Positions 33,830 to 47,225 are shown, numbered from the whole stretch's first letter. The stretch: DNA of 63,738 nucleotides, filler included, from Octopus bimaculoides (GCF_001194135.2; 5 parts of 5 records of this genome joined end to end with filler, not necessarily neighbours in it), one strand, 5' to 3'. A program made the numbers and translations. The notes: generated by a model from the sequence alone, not told the origin.

Positions 33830-34430
33830 GTAGCTGGGTCAATTTAATAGACTAGATGGTGGGTTAATTCAATATTGACTGTCTTGGTTCAATTTAATAC
33901 TATGACTCAATTTAATGGGCTATATCTCGGCTCACTTTAATGCGTCATGTCTTGGCTCAATTTAACCCAAAGTGCCTTGCCCTAGGTTCAGTATTATCAA
34001 CTATAACTTCATTGTTTAACTGGACTATACTGCGGCTAAGTTTAATGGATTACATCTGTGCTCAATTTAATCCACTCAACATTAGCTTGGTGAAACGGAT
34101 TATGGCTTGGCTGATTTTAATAAGCTATCGTTTGGCTCAGTTTAATCTATTGTAGTTTGGTTCAACTTAACGCACTATACCTTGTCACAATTTTATCGAT
34201 TATACTTTATCTTACTTTAATTAAAAGACAATGCCTTCATTCAATTTAACAAACTAAATCTCGTCTCATCTAAATTGGGTTGCCTCAAGTTAGTAGAATA
34301 TAACTTACTCAATTTAATCTACCTTACCTCGGCTCAGCTTGATCGAGTATACCACAACTCACTTAAATCCATCTGATTCAACATAACTCACTATATCTTT
34401 GCGTAATTCAATGGATTACGGTTATACTAG
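33830..34430. repeat. Highly degenerate ~25-bp tandem array (approximate consensus TTGGCTCAATTTAATGGACTATACC)
   Basis: The motif (g/c)tcaatttaa recurs at ~25-nt spacing. Confidence 0.75.
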
Positions 34431-34547
34431 GTATATCTATTTGGATACATACATACATACATACATACATACATAATAAAGCGAATGGTTTACACCTGGT
34501 AGCTTACTGGTAAAGCACGGTCACTTTCACAGTGATCATTATGTATT

Positions 34548-34922
34548 TGGCAAATGAAAGACGGAAGATGGAATATATGAGAATTCATCATTAATCACGA
34601 CAATTGTTTCGACAATCTAGCTTCGACTTCTCATGGGTGGAACATTCAACAACTGGTTCAGGAGCATCCGACGGTGTAGATGTATCTCGTCGGGTGATAA
34701 ATAAATACAACTCGTTAAAATAACTGTTCTGCAATGTAATTTCCCGATTTGCAAAAAGGAAAAACAGCCAGACAGAAGAAATATCTTCATTTATATAGAA
34801 GATTAAAAATAAAATCACAGATGGCAAAATGAGAAACGAACACACAATGTAGATGTGTCGAAACTATTGTCGTGATTAATAACACATTCTCGTATATTCC
34901 ATCCTCCCTCATTCATTTGCCA
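34548..34922. mobile_element. Inverted-repeat element (~65-bp arms), best read as head-to-head Penelope-like pseudo-LTRs
   Basis: tggcaaatgaa...aatcacgacaattgtttcgaca versus tgtcgaaactattgtcgtgatt...ttcatttgcca; both arms carry the GAAAC-N4-GUC hammerhead half. Confidence 0.65.
34594..34698 (-). ncRNA. Degenerate type I hammerhead (core CCGACGA, U4C) with long stem II
   Basis: Minus strand: AUCAC-CCGACGA-GAUACAUCUA...UAGAUUGUC-GAAA-C-AAUU-G-UC-GUGAU. Confidence 0.5.
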
Positions 34923-35092
34923 TATATTTCTACATGTATGTCTATTCTTTGTGTTCCTGATTCTGCGATGATTTTTTTCAATACTTTCCAGTTCTCTCTA
35001 ATAATCTTCTTTCTTTTTATGTTTCTGCAGTCATAATTACGTTGTTTTCCTTCTTGGTTATTGGAACTTCCAGTTTTGGAAGAAAGATGTTG

Positions 35093-35094
<2 letters not shown>

Positions 35095-35172
<78 letters not shown>

Positions 35173-35211
35173 GTCTGTCTGTCTATCTATCTATCTGTCT
35201 GTCTATCTGCC

Positions 35212-35260
<49 letters not shown>

Positions 35261-35265
35261 GTCTG

Positions 35266-35337
<72 letters not shown>

Positions 35338-35340
35338 CAT
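35095..35340. repeat. (TATC)n/(TGTC)n compound microsatellite
   Basis: Directly visible. Confidence 0.95.
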
Positions 35341-35404
35341 ACATACTTAGATTAACGTTCAAAGATTCCAGCCTATCTATACATTTATAAGGTTAGGGCT
35401 AGGG

Positions 35405-35580
35405 TTGTGACTCCTGTGTTCCCCATCGCAGGATGGGACACCGGTGTGCCGCAGGATTACCTCATTTGGCCAGATGAGTGACCAGGAGCAATGCTTTGCT
35501 AAAAATTACGACACATCACTCGGTCCAGGAATCGAAACCACAATCTGACGATCTTGAAAGCAAGGCCGCCAACCACCATC
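35405..35580 (-). mobile_element. Degraded tRNA-derived SINE
   Basis: Minus strand has the B box ggtttcgattcctgg. Confidence 0.5.
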
Positions 35581-35669
35581 AAATACGCATGTAAATACAC
35601 ATAGCATCTATTTACACTATATGATATATACATAGCTTTTATCGTTTACTTCTATATTTTACATGCCGA

Positions 35670-36000
35670 GTCAGCATATTTTTAAAGCCTGGTACGTTTA
35701 CTATCGGTCACTTTTGCCGAACCGACAAGTTATATGGACATATATAAACCATCAGCTGTTCTCAAGCAGTTGTGAGAAACGAACGCATATACAATGATGC
35801 AAAAACACACACACACACACACACACCTCCCCCCACATACAGCCATACGACTGACGTTTTTCCGTTTTCTTCAACGAAGTAGATTCACAAATTTTGGTCA
35901 GCCTCAATTAATGGTAGAAACATTTGCCCTCGTTGCCACGTACTGGACTGAATTCAGAACCATACGGTTCAGAAGCAAGCTACATACAACATAGCCACGG
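35670..36000 (-). mobile_element. Degraded SINE family B
   Basis: ttttgccgaaccg... and ggactgaattcagaaccat...acatagccac motifs. Confidence 0.6.
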
Positions 36001-36785
36001 CATTACCTATGTATATATGTATGTATGTATGTATGTCCAACCATTAAATTTCTAGCACCAATCTTCCCTCCTAACGAAGGAAGCCGTATTACATCGATTA
36101 CGTAATTCCGAGCACCGAGAAAGAAAAAGTGTTCAAGTTAAAAAACTATACATTCTCCCTTTACTTTCTGTATTTTTTTATGGTCGATGCAAATTTATTC
36201 GTCAATATAAATATCTGTACGTTTGTACATATGTTTTATCTTCTGCATATTTTCAGTTTCAGCATGTTTACATATAAATGTATATTTATTTCTATCAAGC
36301 CTAATCGCTTTCATCTGCATCACTATCTCTTACACACACACACAGACACACACACACGCATGTATATATGCATATACATATGTATATAAATCTATCTATA
36401 TATATGTATATATGTATATATATATCTCTATCCATCTATCTGTATACATATATATATATATGTGTATATACAAATACATACATAGATATACACACATATA
36501 TGTACATATATACATACCTATATATATATATGTATATATGTATGTATATATGTGAATATGTTCACAACCTATGCTCTATTGTTTCTCAGTTGCAAATATA
36601 TTTATACGCTGCACCATTTCAAAGCAATTGTGAAATACCAATCACAATATGGTTAAACTGTCATTGATTTCATTCGAAAAATATCAATTCTTTGTTCGAT
36701 ATTTCTCTGGTGGGATGGTGTTTTGTTGCTCTTGTAGTTGTTACGAAATTATTTTATCATGGTTAGATGCTATTTATTCTGTAGC

Positions 36786-36818
<33 letters not shown>

Positions 36819-36873
36819 TATAGCACTAGTACGAAAGGCACACATATATGCTCATACAGGCACACAAATACTG

Positions 36874-36916
<43 letters not shown>

Positions 36917-37656
36917 NNNNNNNNNNNNNNNNNNNNNNNNNNNNNNNNNNNNNNNNNNNNNNNNNNNNNNNNNNNNNNNNNNNNNNNNNNNNNNNNNNNN
37001 NNNNNNNNNNNNNNNNNNNNNNNNNNNNNNNNNNNNNNNNNNNNNNNNNNNNNNNNNNNNNNNNNNNNNNNNNNNNNNNNNNNNNNNNNNNNNNNNNNNN
37101 NNNNNNNNNNNNNNNNNNNNNNNNNNNNNNNNNNNNNNNNNNNNNNNNNNNNNNNNNNNNNNNNNNNNNNNNNNNNNNNNNNNNNNNNNNNNNNNNNNNN
37201 NNNNNNNNNNNNNNNNNNNNNNNNNNNNNNNNNNNNNNNNNNNNNNNNNNNNNNNNNNNNNNNNNNTTATATATACACATACATATATATATGCATGTAT
37301 GTATACACTAACTCTCTCTCACACACACACATATGCAAACCTATATCATTTGATTTGTGTTTTATAAAGGGAAGTTACAGAAGACAATGTCCGAAGCGTC
37401 GCATTTATATATTTATATTAGCCGACGAGTAGCTAAAGTGACTCAAGGGCTTAAGGTTTCGTGATAATGCACTTATCATATCATTTGATAAACGCATTGA
37501 CACGAACTCTATTCCCTTGTGTCACTCTATCTTTTGTACAAATATGTATCTACATATTTATGTTCATATATATGCAGGTATCTTTATGTGCATGCATACC
37601 TGCATACATACATCGTAGTTGTTTTCCTATATACATCATATATATCTACATCTACA

Positions 37657-37695
<39 letters not shown>

Positions 37696-37795
37696 GTGTG
37701 TGTGTGCGCACAGCTATACATGTACAAACACACACACATATACATACACATATATTCATATAGAATATTTATGTATTTACACATACATACATGCA

Positions 37796-37826
<31 letters not shown>

Positions 37827-37902
37827 GCTTTTACATATATCCATTAAACTATATATGCTTTCCTGTCTATCTATCTATCTATCTATCTATCTNNNNNNNN
37901 NN

Positions 37903-37935
<33 letters not shown>

Positions 37936-37938
37936 GTC

Positions 37939-38006
<68 letters not shown>

Positions 38007-38273
38007 AAGAATGTGTAAAAAACATATATAGGCAGGTAGATGGGTGAAAGAAAAAATATTCGTAAGTAAATGAGTCGAACTGAGAAAGAGACAAGGAAAA
38101 TGAAGAAAAATAGGATAGAGTGCGTAAGAGAGAGGGAGAAAGAAAGATAAAGAGAAAGAGAAAGGTAGTAAGAAAGAGAGTGAACGATCTAGTTGAAATT
38201 TGGGAATAGCTGAGTACAAAAGTTTGTACTAGAAAAAAAATAAAAGAGCATAAAATACAGTTAAAGTTCCAAT

Positions 38274-38329
<56 letters not shown>

Positions 38330-38368
38330 GATAATAATAATAATAATGATAATAATAATAATAATAAT

Positions 38369-38433
<65 letters not shown>
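38274..38433. repeat. (AAT)n microsatellite
   Basis: Directly visible. Confidence 0.95.
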
Positions 38434-38435
<2 letters not shown>

Positions 38436-38472
38436 GCTATTGTAAAAACCTCGAAAAGAGAAGAACCGAAAA

Positions 38473-38646
38473 CAAAATGGCGGCCACAGTGCAATGTTTG
38501 CTTGCGGTAATTGCAACAAGGCTTGTTCAATATAAAAATAACTTGTGTGGATTAAAGGGTCAACATATAAACACAAATCTCTGCCGACGTATTATATTTA
38601 GGTTTGAAATCCACTCAACAAGGGAGATAACGATTGTGTGACGTCA
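38473..38646 (+). promoter_or_regulatory. Candidate promoter motifs: CAAAATGGCGGC (YY1-like) and TGACGTCA (CRE)
   Basis: Motifs at 38473-38484 and 38639-38646 in unique sequence; no linked gene found. Confidence 0.25.
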
Positions 38647-38999
38647 GTCCCTGTGTATTTTTGTTTGATTCGCTCTGATTTTCGTTTGATTTCATCCAGT
38701 TCGATCACAATTTTATTTGATTGGTTTCGTCCGCTTTACTAACGACAGTTCATGCCGGTTACTTCTGGTTTTAACCTGGTGATGTTTACAATAATTGTTT
38801 GTTTTGTTTTGTCTTTTTTCTTTGTGGTATTCATTTTGGTTCGTTTTGAATTTAATTATTTATTTTTGGGTTTCTGTTTACCCTTCGTTTTTTTTTATTG
38901 TTTTATTTTAAGTTATTTTGTTTTTGGTGCTTTGCAAGAGGGGAAAATTGGAGCCTGAAAAATCAGTGCCAGATTTCAGAAGACAGAGTTACAATAAAG

Positions 39000-39820
39000 T
39001 GATGAAGACGGTGTCGAAATTGATGGGAAGGATAATGGTGAGTGTAAAGATGATAGTGATGATGATGCTGTTGATGATGATGATTTTAGAGGTAGCGATT
39101 GTAATGTTGATGGCGGTGGGGATGATATTCATGGTGATGATGAGAATGTCGCAGGTGGTTATCATGATGATAATGATGATGATGGGGGATGATGATTTTG
39201 GCGGTGGTGGTGGGGATGATGATGATGATGATGATGACGACGATGAGATGATGATGATAACGACGATGATGAAGACGATGACGATGCTGCTGCTGCTAAT
39301 GATGATGATGATGACGACCATGGCGGTGNNNNNNNNNNTGACGATGCTGCTGCTGCTAATGATGATGATGATGACGACCATGGCGGTGACAATGATGATA
39401 ATGATGATGACGATGATGATGAGGCCGATGATGATGATGATGATGGTGATGATGACGATCATAATGATGATCATGGTGGTGTTGATGATGATGATTATAA
39501 TTGTAATAACGTTAATGAGAGCAAAGAGGATGGTGTCCTGAATGCCAAAATCGATGAGGCCGAAGTAGTGGCGGGGATGGTAATGTTGATAGGAATGGCA
39601 AATGTAACGTTTCTTAGAAAGAGGCTCCTACTGATGCCGATGGAGATGACGACGTTGATGATGATGATGATGAGAATCAAGATAAATGATGATGATAATG
39701 ATGGTGATGATGATGGTGATGATGATGATCATAATGATGATGAAATGATGATAATGATGTTGATGACCATGCTGCTGTTGATGATGTGCATGACGATGAA
39801 GTTGTTGATGAATTGCGACG
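39000..39820. repeat. Degenerate (GAT)n low-complexity tract
   Basis: Directly visible; source of the poly-M/poly-D pseudo-ORFs. Confidence 0.9.
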
Positions 39821-40868
39821 TTCAAGAATTTAAGGAAGAGAGAACAGAACAATATGTTTCAAACCATAAGTATTAAGCGTTTGCGGAATTTCTCCAACAG
39901 TTTCCCGATAATATATATATAAATATNNNNNNNNNNNNNNNNNNNNNNNNNNNNNNNNNNNNNNNNNNNNNNNNNNNNNNNNNNNNNNNNNNNNNNNNNN
40001 NNNNNNNNNNNNNNNNNNNNNNNNNNNNNNNNNNNNNNNNNNNNNNNNNNNNNNNNNNNNNNNNNNNNNNNNNNNNNNNNNNNNNNNNNNNNNNNNNNNN
40101 NNNNNNNNNNNNNNNNNNNNNNNNNNNNNNNNNNNNNNNNNNNNNNNNNNNNNNNNNNNNNNNNNNNNNNNNNNNNNNNNNNNNNNNNNNNNNNNNNNNN
40201 NNNNNNNNNNNNNNNNNNNNNNNNNNNNNNNNNNNNNNNNNNNNNNNNNNNNNNNNNNNNNNNNNNNNNNNNNNNNNNNNNNNNNNNNNNNNNNNNNNNN
40301 NNNNNNNNNNNNNNNNNNNNNNNNNNNNNNNNNNNNNNNNNNNNNNNNNNNNNNNNNNNNNNNNNNNNNNNNNNNNNNNNNNNNNNNNNNNNNNNNNNNN
40401 NNNNNNNNNNNNNNNNNNNNNNNNNNNNNNNNNNNNNNNNNNNNNNNNNNNNNNNNNNNNNNNNNNNNNNNNNNNNNNNNNNNNNNNNNNNNNNNNNNNN
40501 NNNNNNNNNNNNNNNNNNNNNNNNNNNNNNNNNNNNNNNNNNNNNNNNNNNNNNNNNNNNNNNNNNNNNNNNNNNNNNNNNNNNNNNNNNNNNNNNNNNN
40601 NNNNNNNNNNNNNNNNNNNNNNNNNNNNNNNNNNNNNNNNNNNNNNNNNNNNNNNNNNNNNNNNNNNNNNNNNNNNNNNNNNNNNNNNNNNNNNNNNNNN
40701 NNNNNNNNNNNNNNNNNNNNNNNNNNNNNNNNATTCACACACACTCTCTCTCATTCAAACACGCACTCATAGTTACGGACACACACAGTTATATTTAGTG
40801 TATCGTCTCCGTTCTCAGCAATTCTTGCTAACAGAATCTGCATTTTTTTCTGTGATGAATAGCAAGTA

Positions 40869-40924
<56 letters not shown>

Positions 40925-41327
40925 CAATAATAATAATAATAAAAAACACCAACAACAATATTAATAATAATTAGAATAACAACAACAAAAACAATAACAA
41001 TGAAAATAATTTCTATTCTCATCCCCACCACCATCATTATTATTGTTATTATCATTATAATTATTATTATTATTGATGTTATTTTTATTAATATTATCAT
41101 CATTGACTGTGTAGTTATTCTTCTTGGCTCCATACTAGTTTGTCATCCAGTATAGCAAGTTCATAAATTCACAATTAAAGTGCCTATTAATATTGCCACA
41201 ATGGACAAGGAGTTGTATGCTTGAATTATTCATAATTGAATTGTATAAGTAGCGACGTGTACTTATTTAACATTTCCCTGAACATACAACTGTATTCATG
41301 AATACTTGCACACGTATATCTATCTGA

Positions 41328-41603
41328 CGTCTATCGGGACGCTTCGACATTGCACGTTCGGTTCGTCAGGGATGCCCCCTGTCGCCGCTCCTGTACGTAT
41401 TGACTCTCGAGCCACTACTGCGGAAGCTGGCGACGCTGAGGGGCATCCCGCGAGAACTGGGGTGCGGGACGAGCGTGTCGGCATACGCGGACGACGTCAC
41501 CGTCATAGCGCCTAGACACGAGCACATCGAGCTTGTCGGCGAGACGCTGAAAGACTACGAAGCGGTGACGGGAGCGAAAATCAACCGGGATAAGTCGGTG
41601 GGT
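41328..41603 (+). mobile_element. Tx1/L1-clade reverse transcriptase fragment, GC-rich, open frame, cut by the scaffold end
   Basis: RSVRQGCPLSPLLYVLTLEPLL...SAYADDVTV...YEAVTGAKINRDKS. Confidence 0.92.
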
Positions 41604-41703
41604 NNNNNNNNNNNNNNNNNNNNNNNNNNNNNNNNNNNNNNNNNNNNTTAATTAATTAANNNNNNNNNNNNNNNNNNNNNNNNNNNNNNNNNNNNNNNNN
41701 NNN

Positions 41704-41767
<64 letters not shown>

Positions 41768-41887
41768 GTATACACATATACACATGTCTTTACATGTATA
41801 TATACATATACATATATATTTATGCTTATATATGTATACATACGTGTATATATATATCTATACGTATGTATGCATATATACGCAAAC

Positions 41888-41921
<34 letters not shown>

Positions 41922-42762
41922 GTATACGTGTGTTTGTTTATGTGTGTTTGTGGGGGAGATGTGCTCGTGTGTTAATGATTCTTTTTAAGTTATAACAAAA
42001 ACAATTTAACATGAAACTGGAGAATTACACATCACATTTTTGGTAGCGTATATGTATTATTAATCTTTTACATGAAGAGTGACTTCAGCATTCGAAACTT
42101 CCAAGTCACTGTTACTTATCCGTTTATGTATTTGTACAGAGACACGCGTGAAAACAAGGTCCAAACCACGATGAAGACAATAGGTTTCTAATACCAAAGA
42201 TAAGTATAAACTTTTATTGAAGCTGAAAAAACTTGTTAAAGTTTACTCCAGATTTCATATAAACGATCATCAGTGAACTTTTTGAAGAATAGAATGCTTT
42301 TCAATAAATGTTTATAAAAGGTGTAGCGAATATTTATTGGTAAGTTATAAACTTTACGTTTGTTGGTGATAATTGGACACAGTTTATGACATGCAATTAT
42401 ATGGAATCTGACAGATTGATCGTTGAGGAAAAAAATATAAATATATATAATGAATGAAATACAGCTGAATAAACTAATAAAACTAATCGCTATGCATTGG
42501 TTCAGAAGTCTTATGATATTTGCAGCCCAGGAAACATTCCAGATAGAATTCAAGAAACATTGACAGAGCAAGTCGATAATAGAAAAAAATATCAAAAGAA
42601 GGGCAAACGGCCATTGTAAAATAAATACATAAATGAATTTGGTATGGAGGAAATGGAGGGAAGGGTGTTTGTCAATCGAACTCTCATTAAGGCCACGATG
42701 GCTGAAGAATAGCCACACGCTTGAAACTCAGAGTACCAAGGAGTCTGAATCAAACTGCTTTG

Positions 42763-42816
<54 letters not shown>

Positions 42817-42889
42817 TGTTTCACTCTCTCTCCCTCTAACTCCTTTCTCTTCCCTTCTGTCTTTATATATGCATACAAATAGGTATATA

Positions 42890-43170
42890 CAGGGTGTCCA
42901 CAAAGTCTGGGTACAAGGGAATTAATACATACTTTAAAAAAGTATTATTTCTTATATTTAATTATTTACGTTATGATTTTATTTACTCCATGTACCCACA
43001 TGGGGATTAACACGTACTTTAAGAAATTATTTCTTATATTTAATTTTTTATGNNNNNNNNNNTGTACCCACATGGGGATTAACACGTACTTTAAGAAATT
43101 ATTTCTTATATTTAATTTTTTATGTTATGATTTTATTTACTCCATGTACCCAAACCTTGTGGACACCCTG
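42890..43170. mobile_element. Tc1/mariner-type MITE (family of 5236-5359) with an internal tandem duplication around a 10-N gap
   Basis: TA|CAGGGTGTCCACAAAGT ... CCTTGTGGACACCCTG. Confidence 0.85.
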
Positions 43171-43759
43171 TGTACTTATTTATTTACACACACACGCGTA
43201 TATATGGGTATATTTATAGACGCATATATATGAATATACATAAATCATACGCGCATTGATAATATATATTATGCATGTACATCAATATATGTGTGCGTGC
43301 ATGAGTTTGTGTTGACGCTCAAGTGTGTATACGTATATATCTATATATATATATATATATATAGTTATATATATATAAATATTTACGAAGAGAATTACAA
43401 TTACGGACGAGACACCGAATATTAGATAATTTCAAACGTACTATCGTCGTTAGATTACATATAAGTGATGACGTAATGGCGAAGTAACATGAAATTGTAT
43501 AACAAGCGAAATCACCGTAAATGAAGCCAACGATTTCAGCGGAATCTTAATACTTAAGCTAAAATTGAATTAGCTTTTGATAATAATATCGATTGAGAGG
43601 GAAATAAAGTTCCGAAACCAAGTCAGTGTGTAGGATCTGTAATTTAGGACTGCAGTTGTAGGGCTGTAGGGTCGTTTATCTCTGAAAGTATAGATGCGTA
43701 AGCATATCTCTTTCTCTCTCTCCCTCTCGCTGTGTATATATGTAATATCTATCTCTCTA

Positions 43760-43841
<82 letters not shown>

Positions 43842-43843
43842 TG

Positions 43844-43908
<65 letters not shown>

Positions 43909-44396
43909 ATACATATATGTATATATATATATATATANNNNNNNNNNNNNNNNNNNNNNNNNNNNNNNNNNNNNNNNNNNNNNNNNNNNNNNNNNNNNNN
44001 NNNNNNNNNNNNNNNNNNNNNNNNNNNNNNNNNNNNNNNNNNNNNNNNNNNNNNNNNNNNNNNNNNNNNNNNNNNNNNNNNNNNNNNNNNNNNNNNNNNN
44101 NNNNNNNNNNNNNNNNNNNNNNNNNNNNNNNNNNNNNNNNNNNNNNNNNNNNNNNNNNNNNNNNNNNNNNNNNNNNNNNNNNNNNNNNNNNNNNNNNNNN
44201 NNNNNNNNNNNNNNNNNNNNNNNNNNNNNNNNNNNNNNNNNNNNNNNNNNNNNNNNNNNNNNNNNNNNNNNNNNNNNNNNNNNNNNNNNNNNNNNNNNNN
44301 NNNNNNNNNNNNNNNNNNNNNNNNNNNNNNNNNNNNNNNNNNNNNNNNNNNNNNNNNNNNNNNNNNNNNNNNNNNNNNNNNNNNNNNNNNNNNNNN

Positions 44397-44430
<34 letters not shown>

Positions 44431-45250
44431 TATATGAGTGTGGGTGCGCGCGTATGTGTGTGTACAAATATATTTGCATACATTTATAAATGTATATAAA
44501 TATATATACATACATATGTGCACGTATGAATTTGTTTGTGTATGTATATGTACTTGTGTTACGTCTAAGTATATATATTATTGACTTTGTATGTTCGTGT
44601 GTGTGAGAGTGTATGTTTATATAAGTGTAGGTTTTAGTGATTTATGTATGTGTTTGCCTGTGTATATGTTCATGCAATCTTATATTTGCGTTACCATAGC
44701 TTTAATTTTGGTGAACAATTTTAGAGGAGCATTTACATATTAAATCCTTACAATTACGCCAAAAGAAAATTCTATAAAATTATATCAAGGAAAGAATGTT
44801 CCGAAATCTTCTGGATTGTTTCACACTATATTGCGGTATTAAGGAGTAATTTGATATTACTAATGATTATTTTAATTAAATATGTTGGTATAAATCATAT
44901 CATCTAAGACGTATCAACATAGCTTCCCAGCTCTCATTATAAGTAACACTGCTTTTAGGACAGCAAGGACTACGAGTACAAAATGTCCTCCGAGTTCTAG
45001 ACGTTACATGGTAGCACCACTTTCTTGACTTGACAGCAGCAATTTTTAAAAATCCCATCCTGTGTTCCTCTGGATGTGTGAATCTGGGGCCAGAAGTAAT
45101 GTCCTTGTCTGGACACCTTGTTAGGATTTACATAAATGTTTCCTTTCCTACTTCCAGTTTAGCCTGAGCATTTGCTGAGCTACTCTTTAGAGCCATTTAG
45201 CTACCGTAGTTCCCGCACAACGAAAGCGTGATGATTCGATGCATTTGAGA

Positions 45251-45628
45251 GGCACTCCGTCGCTTAGGACGACGAGGGTTCCAGTTGATCCGATCAACGG
45301 AACAACCTGCTCGTGAAATTAACGTGCAAGTGACTGAGCACTCCACGCACACGTGTACCCTTAATGTAGTTCTCGGGGATATTCAGCGTGACACAGTGTG
45401 ACAAGGCTGACCCTTTGAATTACAGGCACAGCAGAAACAGGAAGTAAGAGTGAGAGAAAGTTGTGGTGAAAGAGTACAGCAGGGTTCGCCACAATCCCCT
45501 GCCGGAGCCTCGTGGAGCTTTAGGTGTTTTCGCTCAATAAACACTCACAGCGCCCAGTCTGGGAATCGAAACCGCGATCCTATGACCGCGAGTCCGCTAC
45601 CCTAACCACTGGGCCATTGCTCCTCCCC
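45251..45628 (-). mobile_element. tRNA-derived SINE family A, full length, probable TSD GCATTTRAGA
   Basis: Reverse complement of 21363-21745; flanks gcatttgaga (45241-45250) and gcatttaaga (45629-45638). Confidence 0.92.
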
Positions 45629-46964
45629 GCATTTAAGAGGAGACCCCTCCAAAAGAGCATCATCATATTAGAAGCACAAATATTATTACATCCTTCATAT
45701 AAACAACGACGAGGCATCCACGTACCTCAAAGCTAAAACAACAGAGACATGTCTATAAATCAATGAAAGAAATTTTTAAAATTAATGAAGCACGGAGATA
45801 CGACTGAAGGCAGCAGCCTCTCAGCTGCAGAAACCCACAAAAACCACTGGTTTCGGACTTCTCTGAACATTGTCCTGTTTTAATCATCTAACTTGAAAGA
45901 AGCGAGCATATAAAAAAATAGAGCTAAGATAATGACTAAACAGTGGTTGTCCTGTATCAATAGGGACATTGTGAACGCTCTGTATGTCCAGCATGTCAAA
46001 TATCCCTGCAAGACACAAACCATCTCGAGTTGCACTGTCCACCAGTTCGATCTCAGTATGGGGTGATACGGAATAATTAATGATTCTGGCCATGTATACG
46101 CCAATTGGGATTCGTACTGAAAGTTAGAGACACCCTACATTTCTTATTTTCTTGCTAACAACTTGCAGATGTAAGTGCTACCAGATGAAAGCTCCGCATA
46201 CTGGATGCTAGCAAGCTTATGGGGTCATCAGGAAAGAATGCGCGCCGTTTAGGGCCTTCCTCTCCACAACATTATTGCATATATCCACGCTCGTTGAGAT
46301 GAGGCCTCACTTGCTTAGATCAACTGGCAACTAGGTTTCACTTAATACTCTTCTAACCTTTGCCCATCATCTCTTTTTAACCGAATCTAGAGGCTTGCCT
46401 TCTCCATTGTAGTCTGAATATCACTCACGATGGTATTTGCTTTACGATGTGTTAGGCCTAGCAACAACAACAATCGCCTCACACTCTTTCCAATGAATTA
46501 TCTACATTCAACGTCGATTGTATAACGCTCTGCTTTCCACGTTGTCTTTACGAGGTACAGTTAACTCGACTACATTTAGTGTATTTCCAAGTGTTGAAAA
46601 ATGTGATACTTAAGACTAAACTGAATAATGAATATGGTATTAAGTGTATGGATATAGTTTGAAGCAGATAAAATGAATGGTTATAGCTGAAATGATTTTA
46701 AACATAGGTCTGCTTATTCAGAGGGACGACCTGAATTAAAGACGGACAAAACAACAACAACAACAACAGCTAAAGCAGTAACAACAAAGACAATGAAACT
46801 TTAGGTGGTCGCTTGAGTTACTGAAAATAGTAGTTCCATATCGCCGAAGCCATACTTTAATGTCTAAACAACAGAAAGAACAACATTACATAATGTAGTC
46901 GCTGATAAACTGTTTAAAAAGAAGGACTTTGTAAGGTGAAGCCTAGAACGCTTTCGATCATACT

Positions 46965-47190
46965 ATTACTACTACTACCACTACTACTATTACTACTACT
47001 ACTACTACTATTACTACTACTACTACTACTATTACTACTACTACTACTACCACCACCACCAACAACAACAACAACACTACTCTACTACTACTACTACTAC
47101 TACTACTACTAGCACTACTACTAGCACTACAACCATTACTACTATTAATACCACCACCAGCATCAATACGACTACTACTACTACTACCAA

Positions 47191-47225
<35 letters not shown>
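46965..47225. repeat. (ACT)n/(ACC)n/(AAC)n compound microsatellite
   Basis: Directly visible; shares interruptions with 48590-48877. Confidence 0.9.

Noticed and set aside
39280-39390. Short direct duplications flanking 10-N gaps (also near 8700 and 43033)
   Set aside because: Typical of unmerged contig overlaps; probably assembly artefacts.
38918-39876. Met-rich and Asp-rich ORFs resembling reflectin-like or acidic biomineral proteins
   Set aside because: Degenerate (GAT)n tract readable as low complexity in every frame; no reflectin repeat motif, signal peptide or splice structure.
45860-46560. Possible LTR-retrotransposon integrase remnant (IIPYHP)
   Set aside because: Only one short motif; the surrounding frames do not recover the DDE residues.
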